Shown in pieces: positions 42,741 through 57,949 of a DNA stretch of 64,000 bases. A model generated the notes under the pieces. The model worked only from the letters and a program-made list of their open reading frames with translations, made no database searches and was not told the origin of the DNA. Source of the stretch: Eledone cirrhosa (Eukaryota); NCBI GenBank assembly GCA_964016885.1, contig OZ024744.1:109988001-110052000 (forward strand), read 5' to 3'. The translations under genes and the position numbers were made by a program. Position 1 is the first letter of the stretch, and each line of letters opens with the position of its first letter.

Positions 42741-45700
42741 CGATCATTATAATAAATGTTCGGTGAATCCATACGTACATATATATATGTGTGCATGTAT
42801 GTATATATATATACATACTACTGTACGTCTGTATACATATGTGTATGTACGTGTACATACTTATATTTAAGTAACAGCCGTACTAAGAGTGGGAAATGAA
42901 ATTTCGTTTCATTTTTTCCGTTTATCGTTTTCGGTGTACCCGGCCGATTAACCGACTCTATATGCAAATTGAGCTACTCTGCCGTTAATATGCCTAAGTT
43001 AAGTATATACGTTCAACAATCTGGCAGGAAGGTATACGTTGCTGACGATAGCTAATAAGCTTGAAACTAGTACAGCGTTCCTTTGTCAGCGTTGAACAAA
43101 CGAGCAACGATGTTTTGTAGACACTACGGCTTAATACGAGATGTTTGTTTACAAACACACCGATCATTATAATAAATGTTCGGTGAATCCATACGTACAT
43201 ATATATATGTGTGCATGTATGTATATATATATTTACATACTACTGTACGTCTGTATACATATGTGTATGTACGTGTACATACTTTTATTTAAGTAACAGC
43301 CGTACTAAGAGTGGGAAATGAAATTTCGTTTCATTTTTTCCGTTTATCGTTTTCGGTGCACCCGGCCGATTGACCCACTCGATGTCCAAATTACGCTACT
43401 CAGCCGTTAATATGCATAAGATAAGTATATACGTTCAACAATCTGGCAGGAAGGTATACGTTGCTGACGATAGCTAATGAGCTTGAAACTAGTACAGCGT
43501 TCCTTTGTCAGTGTTGAACAAACGAGCAACGATGGTTGCTAGACACTACGGCTTAATACGGGATGTTTGTTTACAAACACACCGATCATTATAATAAATG
43601 TTCGGTGAATCCATACGTACATATATATATATATGTCTGCATGTATGTATATATATATACATACTACTGTACGTCTGTATACATATATGTATGTACGTGT
43701 ACATACTTAAATTTCAGTAAGAGCCGTACTAAGAGTGGGAAATGAAATTACGTTTCATTTTTACAGTTTATCGTTTTCGGTGCACCCGGCCGATTAACCG
43801 ACTCTATATGCAAATTGAGCTACTCTGCCGTTAATATGCCTAAGTTAAGTATATACGATCAACAATCTGGCAGGAAGGTATACGTTGCTGACGATAGATA
43901 ATAAGCTTGAAACTAGTACAGCGTTCCTTTGTCAGCGTTGAACAAACGAGCAATGATGTTCGGTAGACACTACGGCTTAATACGGGATGTTTGTTTACAA
44001 ACACACCGAGTATTATAATAAATGTTCGGTGAATCCATACGTACATATATATATGTGTGCATGTATGTATATATATATACATACTACTGTACGTCTGTAT
44101 ACATATGTTTATGTACGTGTACATACTTATATTTAAGTAACAGCCGTACTAAGAGTGGGAAATGAAATTTCGTTTCATTTTTTACGTTTATCGTTTTCGG
44201 TGCACCCGGCCGATTAACCGACTCTATATGCAAATTGAGCTACTCTGCCGTTAATATGCCTAAGTTAAGTATATACGTTCAACAATCTGGCAGGAAGGTA
44301 TACGTTGCTGACGATAGGTAATAAGCTTGAAACTAGTACAGCGTTCCTTTGTCAGTGTTGAACAAACGAGCAACGATGGTTGCTAGATACTACGGCTTAA
44401 TACGGGATGTTTGTTTACAAACACACCGATCATTATAATAAATGTTCGGTGAATCCATACGTACGTATATATATGTGTGCATGTATGTATATATATATAT
44501 ACATACTACTGTACGTCTGTATACATATATGTATGTACGTGTACATACGAATATTTAAGTAACAGCCGTACTAAGAGTGGGAAATGAAATTTCGTTTCAT
44601 TTTTTTCCGTTTATCGTTTTCGGTGCACCCGGCCGATTAAGCGACTCTATATACAAATTGAGCTACTCTGCCGTTAATATGCCTAAGTTAAGTATATACG
44701 TTCAACAATCTGGCAGGAAGGTATATGTTGCTGACGATAGCTAATAAGCTTGAAACTAGTACAGCGTTCCTTTGTCTGTGTTGAACAAACGAGCAACGAT
44801 GGTTGGTAGACACTACGGCTTAATACGGGATGTTTGTTTACAAACACACCGATCAATATAATAAATGTTCGGTGAATCCATACGTACATATATATATATG
44901 TGTGCATGTATGTATATATATATACATACTACTGTACGTATGTAAACATATGTGTATGTACGTGTACATACTTATATTTAAGTAACAGCCGTACTAAGAG
45001 TGGGAAATGAAATTTCGTTTCATTTTTTCCGTTTATCGTTTTCGGTGCACCCGGCCGATTAACCCACTCGATGTCCAAATTACGCTACTCAGCCGTTAAT
45101 ATGCATAAGGTAAGTATATACGTTCAACAATCTGGCAGGAAGGTATACGTTGCTGACGACAGCTAATAATCTTGAAACTAGTACACTGTTTCTTTGTCAG
45201 CGTTGAACAAACGAGCAACGATGGTTGCCAGACACTACGGCTTAATACGGGATGCTTGTTTACAAACACACCGATCATTATAATAAATGTTCGGTGAATC
45301 CATACGTACATATATATATATATGTGTGCATGTATGTATATATATATATACATACTACTGTACGTCTGTATACATATATGTATGTACGTGTACATACTTA
45401 AATTTCAGTAACAGCCGTACTAAGAGTGGGAAAAGAAATTTCGTTTCATTTTAACAGTTTATCGTTTTCGGTGCACCCGGCCGATTAACCAACTCTATAT
45501 GCAAATTGAGCTACTCTGCCGTTAATATGCCTAAGTTAAGTATATACGATCAACAATCTGGCAGGAAGGTATACGTTGCTGACGATAGATAATAAGCTTG
45601 AAACTAGTACAGCGTTCCTTTGTCAGCGTTGAACAAACGAGCAATGATGTTCGGTAGACACTACGGCTTAATACGGGATGTTTGTTTACAAACACACCGA

Positions 45701-46499
45701 GCATTATAATAAATGTTCGGTGAATCCATACGTACATATATATATGTGTGCATGTATGTATATATATATACATACTACTGTACGTCTGTATACATATGTG
45801 TATGTACGTGTACATACTTATATTTAAGTAACAGCCGTACTAAGAGTGGGAAATGAAATTTCGTTTCATTCTTTCCGTTTATCGTTTTCGGTGCACCCGG
45901 CCGATTAACCCACTCGATGTCCAAATTACGTTACTCAGCCGTTAATATGCATAAGATAAGTATATACGTTCAACAATCTGGCAGGAAGGTATACGTTGCT
46001 GACGATAGCTAATAAGCTTGAAACTAGTACAGCGTTCCTTTGTCAGTGTTGAACAAACGAGCAAGGATGGTTGCTAGACACTACGGCTTAATACGGGATG
46101 TTTGTTTACAAACACACCGATCATTATAATAAATGTTCGGTGAATCCATACGTACATATATATATATGTGTGCATGTATGTATATATATATACATACTAC
46201 TGTACGTCTGTATACATATATGTATGTACGTGTACATACGAATATTTAAGTAACAGCCGTACTAAGAGCGGGAAATGAAATTTCGTTTCATTTTTTTCCG
46301 TTTATCGTTTTCGGTTCACCCGGCCGATTAACCGACTCTATATACAAATTGAGCTACTCTGCCGTTAATATGCCTAAGTTAAGTATATACGTTCAACAAT
46401 CTGGCAGGAAGGTATACGTTGCTGACGATAGCTAATAAGCTTGAAACTAGTACAGCGTTCCTTTGTCAGTGTTGAACAAACGAGCAACGATGGTTGCTA

Positions 46500-49400
46500 G
46501 ACACTACGGCTTAATACGGGATGTTTGTTTACAAACACACCAAGCATTATAATAAATGTTCGGTGAATCCATACGTACATATATATATGTGTGCATATTT
46601 GTATATATATATATACATACTAGTGTACGTCTGTATACATATATGTATGTACGTGTACATACTTATATTTAAGTAACAGCCATACTAAGAACGTGAAATG
46701 AAATTTCGATTCATTTTTTCCATTTATCGTTTTCGGTGCACCCGACCAATTAACCCACTTGATGTCCAAATTACGCTGCTCAGCCGTTAATATGCATAAG
46801 GTAAGTATATACGTTCAACAATCTGGCAGGAAGGTATACGTTGCTGACGACAGCTAATAAGCTTGAAAATAGTACAGCGTTCCTTTGTCAGCGTTGAAGA
46901 AACGAGCAGCGATGGTTGCTAGACACTACGGCTTAATACGGGATGTTTGTTTACAAACACACCGATCATTATAATAAATGTTCGGTGAATACATACGTAC
47001 ATATATATATGTGTGCATGTATGTATATATATATATACATACTACTGTACGTCTGTATACATATATGTATGTTCGTGTACATACTTATATTTAAGTAACA
47101 GTCTTACTAAAAGTGTGAAATGAAATTTCGTTTCATTTTTCCGTTTATCGTTTTCAGTGCACCCGGCCGATTAACCCTCTCGATATCCAAATTACGCTAC
47201 TCAGCCGTTAATATGCATAAGGTAAGTATATACGTTCAACAATCTGGCAGGAAGGTATACGTTGCTGTCGATAGCTAATAAGCTTCAAACTAGTACAGCG
47301 TTCCTTTGTCAGTGTTGAACAAACGAGCAACGATGGTTGGTAGACACTACGGCTTAATACGGGATGTTTGTTTACAAACACACCGAGCATTATAATAAAT
47401 GTTCGGTGAATACATACGTACATATATATATGTATGCATGTATGTATAAATATATACATACTACTGTACGTCTGTATACATATATGTATGTAGGTGTACA
47501 TACTTATATTTAAGTTACAGCCGTACTAAGAGTGGGAAATGAAATTTCGTTTCATTTTTTCCTTTTATCGTTTTCGGTGCACCCGGCCGACTAACCGACT
47601 CTATATGCAAATTGAGCTACTCTGCCGTTAATATGCCTAAGTTAAGTATATACGTTCAACAATCTGGCAGGAAGGTATACGTTGCTGACGATAGCTAATA
47701 AGCTTGAAACTAGTACAGCGTTCCTTTGTCAGTGTTGAACAAACGAGCAACGATGGTTGGTAGACACTACGGCTTAGTACGGGATGTTTGTTTACAAACA
47801 CACCGAGCATTATAATAAATGTTCGGTGAATCCATACGTACATATATATATATGTGTGCATGTATGTATATATACATACTACTGTACGTCTGTATACATA
47901 TATGTATGTAGGTGTACATACATATATTTAAGTAACAGCCGTACTAAGAGTGGGAATGAAATTTCGTTTCATTTTTTCCGTTTATCCTTATCGGTGTACC
48001 CGGCCGATTAACCCACTCGATATGCAAATTGAGCTACTCAGCCATTAATAGGCATAAGGTAAATTTATACGTTCAACAATCTGGCAGGAAGGTATACGCT
48101 GCTGACGATAGGTAATAAGCTTGAAACTAGTACAGCGTTCCTTTGTCAGTGTTGAACAAACGAGCAACGATGGTTGCTAGACACTACGGCTTAATACGGG
48201 ATGTTTGTTTACAAACACACCGAGCATTATAATAAATTTTCGGTGAATCCATACGTACATATATATGTGTGTGCATGTATGTATAAATATATACATACTA
48301 TTGTACGTCTGTATACATATATGTATGTACGTGTACATACTTATATTTAAGTAACAGCCATACTAAGAACGTGAAATTAAATTTCGATTTATTTTTTCCG
48401 TTCATCGTTTACGGTGCACCCGGCCGATTAACCCACTCGATGTCCAAATTACGCTGCTCAGCCGTTAATATGCATAAGGTAAGTATATACGTTCAACAAA
48501 CTGGCAGGAAGGTATATTTTGCTGACAACAGCTAATAAGCTTGAAACTAGTACAGCGTTCCTTTGTCAGCGTTGAACAAACGAGCAACGATCGCTGCTAG
48601 ACACTACGGCTTAATACGGGATGTTTGTTTACAAACACACCGATCATTATAATAAATGTTCGGTGAATCCATACGTACATATATATGTGTGCATGTATGT
48701 ATATATATATACATACTACTGTACGTCTGTATACATATATGTATGTACGTGTACATACTTATATTTAAGTAACAGCCGTACTAAGAGTGTGAAATGAAAT
48801 TTCGTTTCATTTTTCCGTTTATCCTTTTCGGTGTACCCGGCCGATTAACCCACTCGATATCCAAATTACGCTACTCAGCCGTTAATATGCATAAACGTTC
48901 AAGAATCTGGCAGGAAGGTATACGTTGCTGAGGATAGGTAATTAGCTTGAAACTAGTACAGCGTTCCTTTGTCAGTGTTGAACAAACGAGCAACGATGGT
49001 TGGTAGACACTACGGCTTAATACGGGATGTTTGTTTACAAACACAGCGAGCATTATAATAAATGTTCGGTGAATACATACGTACATATATATATGTGTGC
49101 ATGTATGTATAAATATATACATACTACTGTACTACTGTATACATATATGTATGTAGGTGTACATACTTATATTTAAGTTAAACCCGTACGAAGAGTGGGA
49201 AATGAAATTTCGTTTCATTTTTTCCTTTTATCGTTTTCGGTGCACCCGGCCGATTAACCGACTCTGTATGCAAATTGAGCTACTCTGCCGTTATATGCCT
49301 AAGTTAAGTATATACGTTCAACAATCTGCCAGGAAGGTATACGTTGCTGACGATAGCTAATAAGCTTGAAACTAGTACAGCGTTCCTTTGTCAGAGTTGA

Positions 49401-50100
49401 ACAAACGAGCAACGATGGTTGGTAGACACTACGGCTTAATACGGGATGTTTGTTTACAAACACACCGTTCATTATAATAAATGTTCGGTGAATCCATAAG
49501 TACATATATATATGTGTGCATGTATGTATAAATATATATATACTACTGTACGTCTGTATACATATATGTATGTAGGTGTACATACTTATATTTAAGTAAC
49601 AGCCGTACTAAGAGTGGGAATGAAATTTCGTTTCATTTTTTCCGTTTATCCTTATCGGTGTACCCGGCCGATTAACCCACTCGATATGCAAATTGAGCTA
49701 CTCAGCCATTAATATGCATAAGGTAAGTATATACGTTCAACAATCTGGCAGGAAGGTATACGTTGCTGACGATAGCTAATAAGCTTGAAACTAGTACAGC
49801 GTTCCTTTGTCAGTGTTGAACAAACGAGCAACGATGGTTGCTAGACACTACGGCTTAATACGGGATGTTTGTTTACAAACACACCGATCATTATAATAAA
49901 TGTTCGGTGAATCCATACGTACATATATATATATATGTGTGCATGTATGTATATATATATACATACTACTGTACGTTTGTATACATATATGTATGTACGT
50001 GTACATACTTATATTTTACTAACAGCCGTACTATGAGTGGGAATGAAATTTCGTTTCATTTTTTTCCGTTCATCCTTTTCGGTGTACCCGGCCGATTAAC
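46500..50100 (+). repeat. Older, more diverged copy of ~25450-29050
   Basis: Offsets of 21053 (26155/47208, 26584/47637) and 21040 (28117/49157, 28259/49299). Shared private variants TTCAAACTAG, AAACCCGTACGAAG and CACCGTTCATT. Confidence 0.85.
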
Positions 50101-51099
50101 CCACTCGATATGCAAATTGAGCTACTCAGCCATTAATATGCATAAGGTAAGTATATACGTTCAACAATCTGGCAGCAAGGTATAAGCTGCTGACGATAGC
50201 TAATAAGCTTTAAACTAGTTCAGCGTTACTTTGTCAGTGTTGAACAAACGAGCAACGACGGTTGGTAGACACTACGGCTTAATACGGGATGTTTGTTTAC
50301 AAACACACCGAGCATTATAATAAATGTTCGGTGAATCCATACGTACATATATATATATGTGTGCATGTATGTATATATATATACATACTACTGTACGTCT
50401 GTATACATATATGTATGTACGTGTACATACTTATATTTAAGTAACAGCCATACTAAGAGTGGGAATGAAATTTCGTTTCATTTTTTCCGTTCATCCTTTT
50501 CGGTGTACCCGGCCGATTAACCCACTCGATATGCAAATTGAGCTACTCAGCCATTAATATGCATAAGGTAAGTATATACGTTCAACAATCTGGCAGGAAG
50601 GTATACGTTGCTGACGATAGCTAATAAGCTTGAAACTAGTACAGCGATCCTTTGTCAGTGTTGAACAAACGAGCAACGACGGTTGGTAGACACTACGGCT
50701 TAATACGGGATGTTTGTTTACAAACACACCGAGCATTATAATAAATGTTCGGTGAATACATACGTACATATATATATGTGTGCATGTATGTATAAATATA
50801 TACATACTACTGTACGTCTGTATACATATATGTATGTAGGTGTACATACTTATATTTAAGTTACAGCCGTACTAAGAGTGGGAAATGAAATTTCGTTTCA
50901 TTTTTTCCGTTTATCGTTTTCGGTGCACCCTGCCGATTAACCGACTCGATATGCAAATTGAGCTACTCTGCCGTTAATATGCCTAAGTTAAGTATATACG
51001 TTCAACAATCTGCCAGGAAGGTATACGTTGCTGACGATAGCTAATAAGCTTGAAACTAGTACAGTGTTGAACAAACGAGCAACGATGGTTGGTAGACAC

Positions 51100-54000
51100 T
51101 ACGGCTTAATACGGGATGTTTGTTTACAAACACACCGAGCATTATAATAAATGTTCGGTGAATACATACGTACATATATATATGTGTGCATGTATGTATA
51201 AATATATACATACTATTGTACGTCTGTATACATATATGTATGTACGTGTACATACTTATATTTAAGTAACAGCCGTACTAAGAGTGTGAAATGAAATTTC
51301 ATTTCATTTTTCCGTTTATCGTTTTCGGTGCACCCGGCCGATTAACCCACTCGATATCCAAATTACGCTACTCAGCCGTTAATATGCATAAGGTAGGTAT
51401 ATACGTTCAACAATCTGGCAGGAAGGTATACGTTGCTGACGATAGCTAATAAGCTTGAAGCTAGTACAGCGTTTCTTTGTTAGTGTTGAACAAACGAGCA
51501 ACGATGGTTGGTAGACACTACGGCTTAATACGGGATGTTTGTTTACAAACACACCGATCATTATAATAAATGTTCGGTGAATACATACGTACATATATAT
51601 ATGTGTGCATGTATGTATAGATACATACATACTACTGTACGTCTGTATACATATATGTATGTAGGTGTACATACTTATATTTAAGTAACAGCCGTACTAA
51701 GAGTGGGAAATGAAATTTCGTTTCATTTTTTCCGTTTATCCTTTTCGGTGTACACGGCCGATTAACCCACTAGATATGCAAATTGGGCTACTCAGCCATT
51801 AATATGCATAAGGTAAGTATATACGTTCAACAATCTGGCAGGAAGGTATACGTTGCTGACGATAGCTAATAAGCTTGAAACTAGTACAGCGTTCCTTTGT
51901 CAGTGTTGAACAAACGAGCAACGATGGTTGGTAGACACTACGGCTTAATACGGGATGTTTCTTTACAAACACACCGAGAATTATAATAAATGTTCGGTGA
52001 ATACATACGTACATATATATATGCGTGCATGTATGTATAAATATATACATACTACTGTACGTCTGTATACATATATGTATGTAGGTGTACATACTTATAT
52101 TTAAGTAACAGCCGTACTAAGAGTGGGAAATGAAATTTCGTTTCATTTTTTCCGTTTATCCTTTTCGGTGTACACGGCCGATTAACCCACTAGATATCCA
52201 AATTACGCTACTCAGCCGTTAATATGCATAAGGTGAGTATATACGTTCAACAATCTGGCAGGAAGGTATACGATTGTGACGATGGCTAATAAGCTTGAAA
52301 CTAGTACAGCGTTCCTTTGTCAGTGTTGAACAAACGAGCAGCGATGGTTGCTAGACACTACGGCTTAATACGGGATGTTTGTTTACAAACACACGGAGCA
52401 TTATAATAAATGTTCGGTGAATCCATACGTACATATCTATATGTGTGCATGTATGTATAAATATATGAATACTACTGTACGTCTGTATACATATATGTAT
52501 GTACGTGTACATACTTATATTTAAGTAACAGCCGTAGTAAGAGTGGGAAATGAAATTTCGTTCCATTTTTTTCCGTTTATCGTTTTCGGTGCACCCGGCC
52601 GATTAACCCACTCGATATGCAAATTGGGCTACTCTGCCGTTAATATGCATAAGGTAAGTATATACGTTCAACAATCTGGCTGGAAGTTATACGTTGCTGA
52701 CGATAGCTAATAAGCTTGAAACTAGTACAGCGTTCCTTTGTCAGTGTTGAACAAACGAGCAACGATGGTGCTAGACACTACGGCTTAATACGGGATGTTT
52801 GTTTACAAACACAACGAGCATTATAATAAATGTTCGGTGAATCCATACGTACATATCTATATGTGTGCATGTATGTATATACAAATACTACTGTACGTCT
52901 TTATACATATATGTATGTCAGTGTACATACTTATATTTAAGTAACAGCCGTACTAAGAGTGGGAAATGAAATTTCGTTTCATTTTTTTTCTGTTTATCGT
53001 TTTCAGTGCACCCGGGCGATTAACCCACTCTATATGCAAGTTGGGCTACTCTGCCGTTAATATGCCTAAGGTGAATATATACGTTCAACAATCTGGCAGG
53101 AAGGTATACGCTGCTGACAATAGCTAATAAACTTGAAACTAGTACAGCGTTCCTTTGTCAGTGTTGAACAAACGAGCAACGATGGTTGGTAGACACTACG
53201 GCTTAATACGGGATGTTTCTTTACAAACACACCGATCATTATAATAAATGTTCGGTGAATCCATACGTACATATATATATGTGTGCATGAATGTATATAT
53301 ATATACATACTACTTTACGTCTGTATACATATATGTATGTACGTGTACATACTTATATTTAAGTAACATCCGTACTAAGAGTGTGAAATGAAATTTCGTT
53401 TCATTTTTCCGTTTATCGTTTTCGGTGCACCCGGCCGATTAACCCACTCTATATCCAAATTACGCTACTCAGCCGTTAATATGCATAAGGTATGTATATA
53501 CGTTCAACAATCTGGCAGGAAGGTATACGTTGCTGACGATAGCTAATAAGCTTGAAACTAGTACAGCGTTCCCTTGTTAGTGTTGAACAAACGAGCAACG
53601 ATGGTTGCTAGACACTACAGCTTAATACGGGATGTTAGTTTACAAACACACCGAGCATTATAATAAATGTTCGGTGAATCCATACGTACATATATATATA
53701 TGTGTGCATATATGTATATATATATACATACTACTGTACGTATGTATACATATATGTATGTACGTGTACATACTTATATTTAAGTTACAGCCGTACTAAG
53801 AGTGTGAAATTTAATTTCGTTTCATTTTCCGTTTATCGTTTTCGGTGCACCCGGCCGATTAACCCACTCGATATGCAAATTGAGCTACTCAGCCATTAAT
53901 ATGCATAAGGTAAGTATATGCGTTCAACAATCTGGCAGGAAGGTATACGTTACTGACGATAGCTAATAAGCTTGAAAATTGTACAGCGTTCCTTTGTCAG

Positions 54001-57000
54001 TGTTGAACAAACGAGCAACGATGGTTGGTAGACACTACGGCTTAATACGGGATGTTTGTTTACAAACACACCGAGCATTATAATAAATGTTCGGTGAATA
54101 CATACGTACATATATATATGTGTGCATGTATGTATAAATATATACATACTATTGTACGTCTGTATAGATATATGTATGTACGTGTACATACTTATATTTA
54201 AGTAACAGCCGTACTAAGAGTGTGAAATGAAATTTCGTTTCATTTTTCCGTTTATCGTTTTCGGTGCACCCGGCCGATTAACCCACTCTATATCCAAATT
54301 ACGCTACTGAGCCGTTAATATGCATAAGGTATGTATATACGTTCAACAATCTGGCAGGAAGGTATACGTTGCTGACGATAGCTAATAAGCTTGAAACTAG
54401 TACAGCGTTCCTTTGTCAGTGTTGAACAAACGAGCAACGGTGGTTGGTAGACACTACGGCTTAATACGGGATGTTTGTTTACAAACACACCGATCATTAC
54501 AATAAATGTTAGGTGAATACATACGTACATATATATATGTGTGCATGTATGTATAAATATATACATACTACTGTACGTCTGTATACATATATGTATGTAG
54601 GTGTACATACTTATATTTAAGTAACAGCCGTACTAAGAGTGGGAATGAAATTTCGTTTCATTTTTTCCGTTTATCCTTTTCGGTGTACACGGCCGATTAA
54701 CCCACTAGATATGCAAATTGGGCTACTCAGCCATTAATATGCATAAGGTAAGTATATACGTTCAACAATCTGGCAGGAAGGTATACGTTGCTGACCATAG
54801 CTAATAAGCTTGAAACTAGTACAGCGTTCCTTTGTCAGTGTTGAACAAACGAGCAACGATGGTTGGTAGACACTACGGCTTAATACGGGATGTTTCTTTA
54901 CAAACACACCGAGAATTATAATAAATGTTCGGTGAATACATACGTACATATATATATGCGTGCATGTATGTATAAATATATACATACTATTGTACGTCTG
55001 TATACATATATGTATGTACGTGTACATACTTATATTTAAGTAACAGCCGTACTAAGAGTGTGAAATGAAATTTCGTTTCATTTTTCCGTTTATCGTTTTC
55101 GGTGCACCTGGCCGATTAACCCACTCTATATCCAAATTACGCTTCTCAGCCGTTAATATGCATAAGGTGAGTATATACGTTCAACAATCTGGCAGGAAGG
55201 TATACGATTGTGACGATGGCTAATAAGCTTGAAACTAGTACAGCGTTCCTTTGTCAGTGTTGAACAAACGAGCAGCGATGGTTGCTAGACACTACGGCTT
55301 AATACGGGATGTTTGTTTACAAACACACCGAGCATTATAATAAATGTTCGGTGAATCCATACGTACATATCTATATGTGTGCATGTATGTATAAATATAT
55401 GAATACTACTGTACGTCTGTATACATATATGTATGTACGTGTACATACTTATATTTAAGTAACAGCCGTAGTAAGAGTGGGAAATGAAATTTCGTTTCAT
55501 TTTTTTCCGTTTATCGTTTTCGGTGCACCCGGCCGATTAACCCACTCGATATGCAAATTGGGCTACTCTGCCGTTAATATGCATAAGGTAAGTATATACG
55601 TTCAACAATCTGGCTGGAAGTTATACGTTGCTGACGATAGCTAATAAGCTTGAAACTAGTACAGCGTTCCTTTGTCAGTGTTGAACAAACGAGCAACGAT
55701 GGTGCTAGACACTACGGCTTAATACGGGATGTTTGTTTACAAACACAACGAGCATTATAATAAATGTTCGGTGAATCCATACGTACATATCTATATGTGT
55801 GCATGTATGTATATACAAATACTACTGTACGTCTTTATACATATATGTATGTCAGTGTACATACTTATATTTAAGTAACAGCCGTACTAAGAGTGGGAAA
55901 TGAAATTTCGTTTCATTTTTTTTCTGTTTATCGTTTTCAGTGCACCCGGGCGATTAACCCACACTATATGCAAGTTGGGCTACTCTGCCGTTAATATGCC
56001 TAAGGTGAATATATACGTTCAACAATCTGGCAGGAAGGTATACGCTGCTGACAATAGCTAATAAACTTGAAACTAGTACAGCGTTCCTTTGTCAGTGTTG
56101 AACAAACGAGCAACGATGGTTGGTAGACACTACGGCTTAATACGGGATGTTTCTTTACAAACACACCGATCATTATAATAAATGTTCGGTGAATCCATAC
56201 GTACATATATATATGTGTGCATGAATGTATATATATATACATACTACTTTACGTCTGTATACATATATGTATGTACGTGTACATACTTATATTTAAGTAA
56301 CATCCGTACTAAGAGTGTGAAATGAAATTTCGTTTCATTTTTCCGTTTATCGTTTTCGGTGCACCCGGCCGATTAACCCACTCTATATCCAAATTACGCT
56401 ACTCAGCCGTTAATATGCATAAGGTATGTATATACGTTCAACAATCTGGCAGGAAGGTATACGTTGCTGACGATAGCTAATAAGCTTGAAACTAGTACAG
56501 CGTTCCCTTGTTAGTGTTGAACAAACGAGCAACGATGGTTGCTAGACACTACAGCTTAATACGGGATGTTAGTTTACAAACACACCGAGCATTATAATAA
56601 ATGTTCGGTGAATCCATACGTACATATATATATATGTGTGCATATATGTATATATATATACATACTACTGTACGTATGTATACATATATGTATGTACGTG
56701 TACATACTTATATTTAAGTTACAGCCGTACTAAGAGTGTGAAATTTAATTTCGTTTCATTTTCCGTTTATCGTTTTCGGTGCACCCGGCCGATTAACCCA
56801 CTCGATATGCAAATTGAGCTACTCAGCCATTAATATGCATAAGGTAAGTATATGCGTTCAACAATCTGGCAGGAAGGTATACGTTGCTGACGATAGCTAA
56901 TAAGCTTGAAAATTGTACAGCGTTCCTTTGTCAGTGTTGAACAAACGAGCAACGATGGTTGGTAGACACTACGGCTTAATACGGGATGTTTGTTTACAAA

Positions 57001-57900
57001 CACACCGAGCATTATAATAAATGTTCGGTGAATACATACGTACATATATATATGTGTGCATGTATGTATAAATATATACATACTACTGTACGTCTGTATA
57101 CATATATGTATGTAGGTGTACATACTTATATTTAAGTAACAGCCGTACTAAGAGTGGGAATGAAATTTCGTTTCATTTTTTCCGTTTATCCTTTTCGGTG
57201 TACACGGCCGATTAACCCACTAGATATGCAAATTGGGCTACTCAGCCATTAATATGCATAAGGTAAGTATATACGTTCAACAATCTGGCAGGAAGGTATA
57301 CGTTGCTGACGATAGCTAATAAGCTTGAAACTAGTACAGCGTTCCTTTGTCAGTGTTGAACAAACGAGCAACGATGGTTGGTAGACACTACGGCTTAATA
57401 CGGGATGTTTCTTTACAAACACACCGAGAATTATAATAAATGTTCGGTGAATACATACGTACATATATATATGCGTGCATGTATGTATAAATATATACAT
57501 ACTATTGTACGTCTGTATACATATATGTATGTACGTGTACATACTTATATTTAAGTAACAGCCGTACTAAGAGTGTGAAATGAAATTTCGTTTCATTTTT
57601 CCGTTTATCGTTTTCGGTGCACCTGGCCGATTAACCCACTCTATATCCAAATTACGCTTCTCAGCCGTTAATATGCATAACGTGAGTATATACGTTCAAC
57701 AATCTGGCTGGAAGTTATACGTTGCTGACGATAGCTAATAAGCTTGAAACTAGTACAGCGTTCCTTTGTCAGTGTTGAACAAACGAGCAACGATGGTGCT
57801 AGACACTACGGCTTAATACGGGATGTTTGTTTACAAACACAACGAGCATTATAATAAATGTTCGGTGAATCCATACGTACATATATATATGTGTTCATGT
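51100..57900 (+). repeat. 7-monomer tandem duplication (period ~2934 bp) plus a partial third copy
   Basis: Offsets of 2934-2936 (51379/54315, 52351/55285, 53066/56000, 53702/56636) and 2515 (54734/57249). Shared private variants include GATTGTGACGATGG and CTGGCTGGAAGTT. Confidence 0.9.
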
Positions 57901-57949
57901 ATGTATATATATACAAATACTACTGTACGTCTGTATACATATATGTATG

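Noticed and set aside
48885-48900. 11-bp deletion (GGTAAGTATAT) upstream of one ribozyme
   Set aside because: A single event outside the predicted ribozyme; ordinary satellite decay.
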